Source: Eledone cirrhosa
Lineage: Eukaryota
Direction: 5' to 3'
NCBI GenBank assembly: GCA_964016885.1
Contig: OZ024759.1
Span: 9,796,001-9,860,000 of the forward strand
Length of the DNA: 64,000 bases
In this document: piece by piece, positions 25,732-37,409 of the stretch
Layout of the letters: every line of letters starts with the position of its first letter
Numbering within the stretch: the first letter of the stretch is position 1
Made by a program: the position numbers and the translations under genes
The notes under the pieces: model-generated
What the model was told of the DNA's origin: nothing
The model's input: only the letters and a program-made list of their open reading frames with translations
Database searches by the model: none

Positions 25732-26395
25732 TCAGCCCCATGTATAGTCTCCTGTCATGTTTTCATTATATAATCCATGGTAGGGACGTTCAAAGTCAAG
25801 TATATCCTGGTGGAGGTACTTGCCTTGATCCTCAGAGTATACTCCCATGTTCTTGAATTTATCAAGATGAGCGTCAAGGATATGTACTTTGAGGGACATC
25901 CTGCAACCCATTTTGTCGAAGTTCTTCACGAAGGCCTCAACAAGCTCCACATAATTTTTGGCCTTGTAATTCTCTAGGTAGCCCCGAACCACTGCAACAA
26001 AGCTGTTCCACGCTGCCTCCGCAGTCGTAATGAGCTTCTTGGAGAATTCCTTACACTCCATGATCTTCCTTATTTGTGGTCCGACGAAGACACCAGCTTT
26101 CACTTTTACCTCAGACAGCTTAGAGAAGAAGTCTTGAAGGTACCGTATTTCTCAGCGCCGAAGACACTTCGTCCTCGAGGACGCCCCTAATTTTGACAAC
26201 CACAAATTTGAAAAAAAAATAATAAACAACCTTCAGCTTCCAGGATGCATGGTAGATGTTTGAGACTTTTTTTAGGAAAAAAATAGCATCTCCGATGCCG
26301 GGAAATATGGTTACTTAAAGGCTGCCAACTCCTTATCTAGAGCTGTGACAAACTGTTTCATAAGGCCCAGTTTTAAGTGAAGTGGTGGTAACAAT
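25732..26395 (-). mobile_element. DNA transposase relic, probably Chapaev3/CMC-type, interrupted by a MITE at 26141-26313
   Basis: PPLHLKLGLMKQFVTALD...KLSEVKVKAGVFVGPQIR...MSLKVHILDAHLD...QGKYLHQDI...DYTW; frame rejoins across the TA-inserted MITE. Confidence 0.75.
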
Positions 26396-26603
26396 ACTTT
26401 CTGGAGACCAACCAATGACTGTCCAAGTCACAAAAGTTAGAAGAGAATAATAATCTTTTCCTGTGTTTTCTAGGCAGAAGAAGGAAATAACACTTATTGA
26501 CCTAAGACAAAAGAAATAGATTTTTTTGTTACATAGTGTTATTGACCTCACTTATTGAACGTGGGCCATGCTGGAGTACCACCTTCAATATTTTTAGTTG
26601 TTC

Positions 26604-26956
26604 ACTAGCAGAATGGCCCGGGGTTGCTCGGGATTTGCTCTAGGGTTCTTATATATTTTATATATATTTATACTTATCGAGCCTCGTGAAATAAATACGT
26701 TTGTTTATATTTTGTTATTGTTACTGTGTATGCAAAAATATATATACACGAATATATAATTATATATAATTATATATATATATATATATATTAAAATAAC
26801 AGATTAAAGTTTAAGCAAAGAATCGCTGCTTTCACCCTTAAAGGGATCTTCTGAAACTAACAAAGTCAATCTGTGAACGCAGAAGTAAATATTTCAAAAA
26901 ACGTTACACACTATATATATATATATATATATATATATTCATACATACACACACAC

Positions 26957-26990
<34 letters not shown>

Positions 26991-27288
26991 GATAGCAACG
27001 TCATAATGTCGTAATGCAGACAGCCAGACATACAGACAGATATTATAAGGGCGCAACGTTATATCTATGTATCTATCTAAAAAAAGAAAGACTAAGAATT
27101 ATAGAGAGAGATCGCTAAATCGCCTAATGCGGTCCCTAGGGCATTGAAAATTCGAAAAATTCTTTTGCTCAAAACACTCACAGGACCATAAGTATTACAT
27201 GTGTAAAGTTTGAAAACAATTGGTTGGGTGGTTCTCGAGTTTTAGGGAGCTGACAGACAGACAGACATTCTCTGTTTTAGATATATAG
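26604..27288 (+). mobile_element. Non-autonomous Helentron/DINE-1-like element
   Basis: 5' ACTAGCAG..CCCGGGGTTGCTCGGG hairpin; 3' AAAGTTTG...GGTTCTCGAG...(ACAG)n...ATATATAGA. Confidence 0.55.
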
Positions 27289-30200
27289 ACTAGCAGAAAA
27301 CCGCCCACTGGTGGTTTTCTGCTAGTATATATATATATTACACACACAGAAATGTATATATATTTCTGTGTGTATATATATATATTACACACACAGAAAT
27401 GTATATACATTTCTGTGTGTATATATATATATATTACACACACAGAAATGTATATATATTTCTGTGTCATCATCATCATCATCATCATCAGGTTTAGCGT
27501 CCGTGTTCCACGCTTGCATGGGTTTGGACGGGGGTTTTCCCACTTGAGGCAAGAGTGGTTGTCTTGCTCGCATAGGACTGTCTGGCGGGTTTTCTACAGT
27601 TGGATGCCCTTCCTAACACCAACCACATTTACAGTGTGGGGCTGGGAGGTTTTTACCGTGTTGCCTACACGGCCACATTACAGCGTGGACTGTCTGGCGA
27701 GTTTTCTACAGCTGGATGCCCTTCCTAACACCAACCACATTTACAGTGTGGGGCTGGGAGGTTTTTACCGTGTTGCCTACACGGCCACATTTACAGCGTG
27801 GACTGTGTGTTTTTTGTCGTGACACCTACACGATCTCATTTGTTTCGGCCTGGATGTTGTGGGACCAACATAACTTTACATTGAAAGGGGCGGTGTGGGT
27901 GGGGTGGAGGTGGTGGGACGGGGGTGTGTTTTGATAGAGGTGCCTACTGACTGTAGTAGGTTTTTACTTTGTATTTAGGTAAGGCGGGTCTTCTCTATTA
28001 CTGAGTACCGCCAAAGGTCTCGGTCCAGTGACATTGTCTTGGAGAGGTGTAAGCGTGTGAGGTCGGAATTTATCAGCTCGTCCCATGTTTTTCTGGGTCT
28101 GCCTACTCCGTGGCTACCGTCTATCTTTATTGCCCTGCACTTTGTTATACAGCTGTCGTCTTTCATGCGCATCACGTGACCGTACCAACGTAGCCTTCTC
28201 TCGAGTAAACAACATCTGATCCCTCTTATTTCTAATTTTTTCCTTAGTTCGTTTATGCTTTGCCGTTCACGTATATTACTATTGCACATCCAGCGGAGCA
28301 TGCAAGCTTCGTTCCTCTCTAGTCTGCGTATATCCTCTGCACACAATGCCCAGGTCTCACTGCCATGCAGCATTGCTGTTCGTATGCAGGCATCGTATAA
28401 CCTGCCTTTCATTTTTAGGGAGAACCCTCTAGCGGCTAATAGTGGTATAAGCTCTCTGAACTTTTTCCATCCAGTTCTGACTCTAGCTACTGTACTTTCA
28501 GAGCACCCTCCCCCGCTGCTGATTTTGTCACCCAGATAACGGAAGCTGTCCACTATTTCTATAGAACCCTCTGCGCAGTTGAAGGAGCTAGTATCTTGTG
28601 GGCACTTGCTGCTACTTATTGCACCAGAGCACCGGCCACATGTAAAATCTATGTTCTTAGTTAGCTTACCTGTGATCCCACTACATCTTTTATGCACCCA
28701 TACTTTGCATTTGGGACATAAAATGGAGTTTCTACCTACGCCTTTCCTACACACTGAGCATGGCCATTTCCCCGATGGGACCGCCGCCTTATTTTCTTTC
28801 CTACAAACTAGAACTTTAGTCTTAGCCAGGTTAATTTTAAGGCCTTTTGATTCTAGGCCGTGCTTCCACGTTTGGAATTTCTTCTCTAGTTCGGTCATTG
28901 ATTCAGCTATGAGCGTTAGATCATCTGCGTATAGGAGTTCCCATGGGCAGCCGGTCTTGAACTCCTCTGTTATAGCCTGAAGGGCAATAATAAATAGTAG
29001 GGGGCTAAGAACAGAGCCCTGATGGACACCAACTTTTACGCTAAACTCTTCACTATATTCGTTGTTAATTCTAACCTTACTGACTGTTTCTTTATACATG
29101 GCTTGTATAGCTCTCACAAGCCATTCGTCAACACCTAGTTTTCTAAGAGACCACCAGATAATGGAACGGGGGACTCTGTCGAAGGCTTTCTCCAAGTCGA
29201 CGAAAGCTAAGTATAGGGGTTTACTTTTAGCTAGGTACTTCTCCTGTAGTTGTCGTACAATGAAAAGAGCGTCTGTGGTACTTTTGCCTGACACAAACCC
29301 GAACTGCATTTCATCTAGATCAATTCTCTCTCTGATTAGTTGCGCTATTACTTTTTCCGTGACCTTCATGACCTGGTCGATTAATTTAATGCCTCTATAG
29401 TTACTCCTATCTAGGGCATCTCCTTTTCCCTTATAGCAGTTAACGATGATGCTGCTACGCCATTCCTTCGGAACAACCCCATTCTGTACGACTTGGTTAA
29501 CTATCCGGGTGACCATGGTGTGTCCCACCGAACCAGATGCCTTCAGCATCTCAGCAACTATTTCCGAAGGCCCAGCCGCCTTACCCGTCTTCATATCTTT
29601 GATTGCCTTACTTATTATACTACCTTCAACTAACACTGCTGGTCCCTCTATTGGATCGATCTGGGGGAGACTGTCTTTCTCCCATTTGTTCTCATTTAGA
29701 AGCCTTTCGTAGTGACACTTCCAAGCTACCTTCTTATCAGCATCGGTGATGGCAAGTATGCCATCATCGTTAAGTACACACTTCTCCCCGACAATATCAC
29801 GGTTTTCCTTGACACATTGCCTGGCAATGTGTATATATATATATTACACACACAGAAATGTATATACATTTCTGTGTGTATATATATATATATTACACAC
29901 ACAGAAATGTATATATATTTCTGTGTGTATATATATATATTACACACACAGAAATGTATATATATTTCTGTGTGTATATATATATATATTACACACACAG
30001 AAATGTATATATATTTCTGTGTGTGTATATATATATATATTACACACACAGAAATGTATATATATTTCTGTGTGTGTATATATATATATATTACACACAC
30101 AGAAATGTATATATATTTCTGTGTGTATATATATATATTACACACACAGAAATGTATATATATTTCTGTGTGTATATATATATATATTTCTGTGTGTGTA

Positions 30201-30718
30201 TATATATATTTCTGTGTGTGTATATATATATATATTTCTGTGTGTGTATATATATATTTCTGTGTGTGTATATATATATATATTACACACACACAGAAAT
30301 GTATATATATTTCTGTGTGTATATATATATATTTCTGTGTGTATATATATATATTTCTGTGTGTGTATATATATATATATTACACACACACAGAAATGTA
30401 TATATGTTTCTGTAGCACTCCTCAATTCCCCCCTCTCTCCCTCCCGCTATCCCCCTCTTGTAGTCTGTCTCTTTCTTTCACTCTCACTCTCTCTCTACGC
30501 GTGCGCAAAAAACGCACGCACGCGTTTTAGCGTCTATTCACTCTCTCTCTCTCCCTCTCTCCCTCCCGCTATCTCCCTCTTGTAGTCTGTCTCTTTCTTT
30601 CACTCTCACTCTCTCTCTACGCGTGCGCAAAAAACATTCGCACGCGCGCACGTGTTTCCACTGTCGGACAGACAGACAGACAGACAGAGAAATTGCTGGT
30701 TATATATTATAAGGAGAT
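27289..30718 (+). mobile_element. Second Helentron/DINE-1-like element with palindromic minisatellite, interrupted by an RTE LINE
   Basis: Starts with CTAGCAGAAAACC..GGTTTTCTGCTAG hairpin, ends (ACAG)n...TATATATTATAAGGAGAT; the same minisatellite flanks the RTE on both sides. Confidence 0.45.
27468..29828 (-). mobile_element. RTE-clade LINE, 5'-truncated; 553-aa open RT region at 27975-29636
   Basis: NYRGIKL, QFGF, FVDLEKAFDRV, GVHQGSVLSPLLF, YADD, FRYLG, RRLRWYGHV, GRPRKTW; (TGA)n tail. Confidence 0.95.
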
Positions 30719-30859
30719 TATCGACCTCCCTTATTGAATGTGGGTCATACTGGAGCACCACCTTCAGTGCTTTAGTTGTTCATTATTGACCCAAGTTTCA
30801 CCTTTTATTGAACTGTTTTGATATAAGACAATAAAATAAAAGGATTGGAAACTACAAGA

Positions 30860-30885
30860 GTGTGTGTATATATATATATACACAC

Positions 30886-30916
<31 letters not shown>

Positions 30917-32220
30917 TTAATTATACATATACATACATACATATACATATGTAGATATATATATATATTAATGAGACATATACATACATATACATACATA
31001 TACATACATAGATATATATATATATTAATGAGACATATACATACACACATATACATACATATATATATATTAATTATACATATACATACATATACATACA
31101 TATATATATATATATTAATTATACATATACATACATATATATATATATATATATTAATGAGACATATACATACACACATATACATACATATATATATATT
31201 AATTATACATATACATACATATATATATATATATTAATTATACATATACATACATACATATACATACATAGATATATATATATATTAATTATACATATAC
31301 ATACATATACATACACACATATACATACACACATATACATACATACATATATATATATATTAATTATACATATACATACATACATATACATACATAGATA
31401 TATATATATATTAATTATACATATACATACATATACATACACACATATACATACACACATATACATACATACATATATATATATATATTAATTATACATA
31501 TACATACATATACATACATACATATACATACATACATATACATACATAGATATATATATATATTAATTATACATATACATACATATACATACACACATAT
31601 ACATACATACATATATATATATATTAATTATACATATACATACATATATATACATACATATACATACACACATATACATACATCATCATTATAGAATTGT
31701 CGGATGGGTCGGACTATGGATTTGAGTGGAGTGTGGAAATGGAAGAAAAATGTGTACATTACGTTACATTATATACCGTGAAGAAAGCAACCATGAATTT
31801 GGCGAATGTGATTACTTGAAGGGTTTATCTTATATATATAGATAGAGAGAGAGAGATGGGCGGGGGGGGGGAGGTTTGGCCGCATGATGTAGAGTGGGGT
31901 GGCTGACCGCGAACCCTCATGAAGTAGGGGAGGGGGAGAGGATAGTAGGAGCGGGAATTAAGAGTTTAAATACGGTCCTCGAAATAGCAAATATATTTAA
32001 AAGAATGTATAAGAAGAAGAAGGATTTTGTTTTGTTTTGAAAAATACGACAGAATTAAGGTTGGGTTAGCGAGAAATATATATATATTAATTATACATAT
32101 ACATACATACATATATATATATTAATTATACATATACATACATATACATACACACATATACATACATATACATACACACATATACATACATACATATATA
32201 TATATATATTAATTATACAT

Positions 32221-32255
<35 letters not shown>
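30860..32255. repeat. TACA/TA compound microsatellite (with a unique insert at ~31685-32075)
   Basis: ATTAATTATACATATACATACA repeats. Confidence 0.85.
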
Positions 32256-32815
32256 GTATTAGTTATACTATTTATGGTTATGTAAATACAAAACCTTATG
32301 CAGTTATAAGTATATTATATACACCCTAAATAGTGGTAGGCAGTAATGTATTACTAGCTTATTACCAGTAAGTTAAGTAGCTCAATGTAAAAACATCAGA
32401 TGATTTACAGAGCAGTTATATGAAATATAAGAATCAAAGAACTGTTCAAAACATTATTGTGCTTACAGCTGTTTCCTCCAAACCGAGGTTTGGATTCTTC
32501 GGAGCAATTTATTAATGCATGGACAGTTATATGACCTCCTTTTCAGCCAAGAGACATACCGATACATATGCAAATATTGTGGGTCAACATTCATTACAGA
32601 ATTTAGAGTGGCAGTACACAGTACACTCTAAATTCTGTAATGAATGTTGACCCACAATATTTGCATATGTATCGGTATGTCTCTTGGCTGAAAAGGAGGT
32701 CATATAACTGTCCATGCATTAATAAATTGCTCCGAAGAATCCAAACCTCGGTTTGGAGGAAACAGCTGTAAGCACAATAATGTTTTGAACAGTTCTTTGA
32801 TTCTTATATTTCATA
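32255..32815. mobile_element. Fold-back pLTR-like element (arms ~32418-32610 / 32624-32815) with hammerheads (32728-32774 +, ~32459-32505 -)
   Basis: tgct-CCGAAGA-a-tccaaac(ctcg)gtttgga-g-GAA-ACAGCTGT-A-agca; near-perfect arms. Confidence 0.75.
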
Positions 32816-33310
32816 TATATATATATTAATTATACACATACATACATACATATACATACATATACATACATATACATACACACAGATACACACATACATA
32901 AGATATATTAATTATACATATACATACATATACATACATATACATACATATACATACATATACACACATATACATACATGTATATATATATCATCATCCT
33001 CATTTAACGTCTACTTTCCCCGCTAGCATGGGTTAGACGGGAATTGTCCCACTTGAGGCAAGGTTGGTCGGGTGACCGTGTCTCACTCATATAGGACTGT
33101 CTGGCAGGTTTTCTACGGCTGGATGCCCTTCCTAACACCAAACACATTTACAATGTGGAACTGGGAACTTTTTACTGTGTTACCTACACGACCACATTAC
33201 AGCGTGGACTGTGTGTATATATATATATTTTGATATATATTTATCCTTATCGAGCCCTCTTTAAATTTTAGTCTTCAAATTTATTATTATTACTATATAT
33301 ATATATATAT

Positions 33311-33914
33311 GGTGACTGCCAACTTGTTTTCAAGTACGGCCACTACTTTATATCCATGTAGGAGAACCCCTACCAATGCGCTAAACGAGTGTGACTTTTT
33401 AGTCCAGCCAGCGACTTGAAAACTCTGGTACAAACACTACACTTGTGACAATTATTGACACATAGTGCTGGGCCCATGGTACCATGTGACGACAAGTGCA
33501 GAGAGATCTCCAGATATAAAGCAATGCCTGTGCCGTGAAGCTTTTATAGTGAGCAAAGGCATTGCACAAAGCCAGTCCCACTCTCTTAACCAAGATGATA
33601 TTTACCAAAAAGAAGAACAAGTCAACATCATTGGATACCATCAGGGTTGCAGGTGTTATATCAGAGTTTTCCTTCTCCTAGAATTCTGCCTTGACAAAGG
33701 CTAAGGGGTCATCTCTCCCAGTGATTTTGGATGGCCATTGACTCTTAAGAGCTCCTTTGCCCTTTGACAGGTTTTGTTTTTAGTCCTGCAGGATGTCCAA
33801 AGTCACCCTCCTCACCAAGAAACCTTGGTGGGGTTGCCAGTTTAGTCACCAACGACCCGACCATGAGGCAGGTTGTACTGAGATACATGTTACCAGTAGC
33901 ACCAACTGGTGACC
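33311..33914 (-). mobile_element. Non-autonomous, internally deleted RTE-like element (structured 5' region + C2H2 finger 3' end)
   Basis: Minus strand CTAGGAGAAGGAAAACTCTGA motif; terminal CSVCTRVFKSLAGLKSHTRLAH; related to 34000-34490. Confidence 0.55.
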
Positions 33915-35280
33915 TGACCGGGTTCCGTATGAATCCGGTGATATCATCAGGTATTCGAAATATAACAAAGGAATATATAAAATCCATGGCCAGTCACCCT
34001 CAAGTACATATATATACAAAGGGCGGAATAACTCATAAGGGTCAACGGCCATCGGAAAGTGTGTAAATATGTATATACACATGTACATATGTGTGTATAT
34101 GTGTATATGCATAGGTGCATCTGTATGTATATGTGCGGAGACATAGAAATAGTCGGGCTGGACACCTGATCGCGCGGTTAAACCACTGGGAGTGAAGGAC
34201 CCCTAGCCTTTGTCAGGGCATTCTTCTAGGAGAAGGCAACTCAGGAAACTGGGATAACTCCGATATAAAAGCTGCGGCTCAGTAGTTACCGATGATGTTG
34301 ATCTTTTCTTCTTTTTGGGTTATAGCTATTGTCTCTCAGAGAGTGGGATTGGCTCAGTGCACAGTCTTTCCTCACTTTAAATAATATCTTCACGCACAGG
34401 CATTGCACGATAGAATTAATTAATAGTTATTAATAATGGTATATCGTGAAATGGCCATACTCGATAACGAGGGGGCAGCCATCATATATATATATATATA
34501 CACACATATACATACATATATATACATACATACCTATATGTATACATATATATATACATACATACATAAATATATATATACACACACATACATACATATA
34601 TATACATATATACATATATACATACATACATACATGCACACGTACATACATATATGATGGCTGCCCCCTCGTTATCGAGTATGGCCATTGCACGATATAC
34701 CATTATTAATAATAATTAATTAATTCTATCGTGCAATGTCTGTGCGTGAAGATATTATTTAAAGTGATGAAAGGCTGTGCACTGAGCCAATCCCACTCTC
34801 TGAGCGACAGTAGCTATAACCCAAAAAGAAGAAAAGATCAACATCATCGGTAACTACTGAGCCGCAGCTTTTATATCGGAGTTATCCCAGTTTCCGGAGT
34901 AGCCTTCTCCTAGAAGACTGCCCTGACAAAGGCTAGGGGTCCTTCACTCCCAGTGGTTTAACTGCGCGATCAGGTGTCCAGCCCGACTATTTCTATGTCC
35001 CCGCACATATACATACACATGCACCCATGCATATACACATATACACACATATGTACATGTTTATATACATATTTACACACTTTCCGATGGCCGTTGACCC
35101 TTATGAGTTCTTCCACCCTTTGTATATATATGTACTTGAGGGTGACTGGCCGAGGTGAAAGCAGCTAGTTGGTCAGTCGTCCTCTTTGTCTCTGATTTTT
35201 CGGACCCATGGATTTTATATATTCCTTTGTTATATTTCGAATACCTGATGATATCACCAGATTCATACGGAACCCGGTCA
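33915..35280. repeat. 1.37-kb inverted duplication (arms 33915-34490 / 34650-35280)
   Basis: Mirrored ORFs 33947-/34974+; continuous reverse-complement identity; microsatellite spacer. Confidence 0.9.
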
Positions 35281-35298
35281 TTGAAATGATCATAGTAT
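35241..35298 (+). ncRNA. Type-I hammerhead ribozyme
   Basis: atac-CTGATGA-helix II-GAA-ATGATCAT-A-gtat. Confidence 0.8.
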
Positions 35299-35500
35299 AA
35301 TAAACTTTTCAAGGATTTACACCAGTCCAGCCTCCTGTTATTTTATTTATATATATATATATATATATATGGAAAGTTATATTTAAAATTGTTGGGTTAC
35401 AACTAGTAAATATTTATAACTGATATAAAAGCACTCGACAAATATTTGGAGTATATTTACAATATTAAATAAATGGAAACTATATTTATAAAACCATATT

Positions 35501-35566
35501 TATTTCATTATATATATTTCGGGGATATCATATTAACAATATGCTATGCCTTCCTCAGACAAAATA
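35501..35566 (-). ncRNA. Type-I hammerhead ribozyme in a fold-back element (~35370-35720)
   Basis: Minus strand tattttgt-CTGAGGA-helix II-GAA-ATATATAT-A-atgaaata; the opposite arm has a deletion through the core. Confidence 0.7.
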
Positions 35567-35719
35567 CAATATAAACAGTGTTATAACGGTATGACGAATC
35601 TATTTATCTATAAAACTGTTTATATTGTATTTTGTCTGATTGTTAATATGATATCCCCGAAATATATATAATGAAATAAATATGGTTTTATAAATATAGT
35701 TTCCATTTATTTAATATTG

Positions 35720-35778
<59 letters not shown>

Positions 35779-35851
35779 AGGAAGCTCCAACCGTTAAGGT
35801 TGTCTTTTTTCAGGGTATGTCAATATTTATTTATAAAACAAATCTGTATTG

Positions 35852-35917
35852 TATTTTATCTGATGAAAGCGCACCATAATTTGCCTTGGTGGCCCTTGAA
35901 ATATGTATAATAAAATA
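35852..35917 (+). ncRNA. Type-I hammerhead ribozyme in a pLTR-like element (~35776-36050)
   Basis: tattttat-CTGATGA-aag..cacca...tggtg..ctt-GAA-ATATGTAT-A-ataaaata. Confidence 0.8.
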
Positions 35918-36051
35918 AATATGGTTTTATAAATATAGTTTCCATTTATTAATATATCGTATATTTACTCCACTAAACTGTTGAGTGCTTTATATCAGTT
36001 ATAAAAATTTTTAAGCTTGTTGAATCCCAACAAACTAAACATAACCTCTGC

Positions 36052-36560
<509 letters not shown>

Positions 36561-36642
36561 TCAGTTCCCGTCCCACCCTTGCAAGCAGGGAAAAGCGGAC
36601 GTAAAATGAAATGATGATGAAAATGATGATATATATATATAT

Positions 36643-36986
36643 GGAGGCACATGGCTTAGTGGTTAGAGCATTGGCCTTGCAATCGAAATGTTGTGAGTTG
36701 AATTCCCAGACCGGGTGATGTGTTGTTTCCTTGAGCAAGACACTTTATTTCACATTGCTCCAGTTTACTCAGCTGTAGAAATGAGATGATAGGGATTGGG
36801 GTCCCTATAATTCCACTGCAAAGTGGTCGTGGAGGTGCCACGGCAAAAAAAAGCACCCAGCACTCACTGTAAATGAGGTTGGTGTTAGGAAGGGCATCTA
36901 GCTGTAGAAATCAAGCCAGAATCAGTTCCCGTCCCACCCTTGCAAGCAGGGAAAAGTGGACGTAAAATGAAATGATGATGAAATGA

Positions 36987-36990
<4 letters not shown>
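36643..36990 (+). mobile_element. tRNA-derived SINE with RTE-derived tail
   Basis: Homologous to 8911-9250. Confidence 0.85.
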
Positions 36991-37035
<45 letters not shown>

Positions 37036-37409
37036 TATACACACACAACATATATATATATATATATACATGATTTTACAATTGAAATATAAACATTGCC
37101 ATAGCAGTGTTACACCTATTATTTCAATTTTAAAACTTCACAAAGAGGAAATAGTTAAAATAATGAATTTTTCTTTAAAAAAATATGATTTTCAGAACAG
37201 TTTTTCTGTTTTATCCCATCCAGTTAAAAGTAAAATTGATGCAGACGTAAAATGATGATGATGATGATATATATATATATGTGTATATGTGTGTGTGTGT
37301 ATGTGTGTATATAAATAAGGAGGTTTTGATGCACATTACTGGAAAACCTCAATATTTCTTTCATCCTGTATTCTGTAGAGAGCTTACACAATTTATTAAT
37401 ATGCAATAT

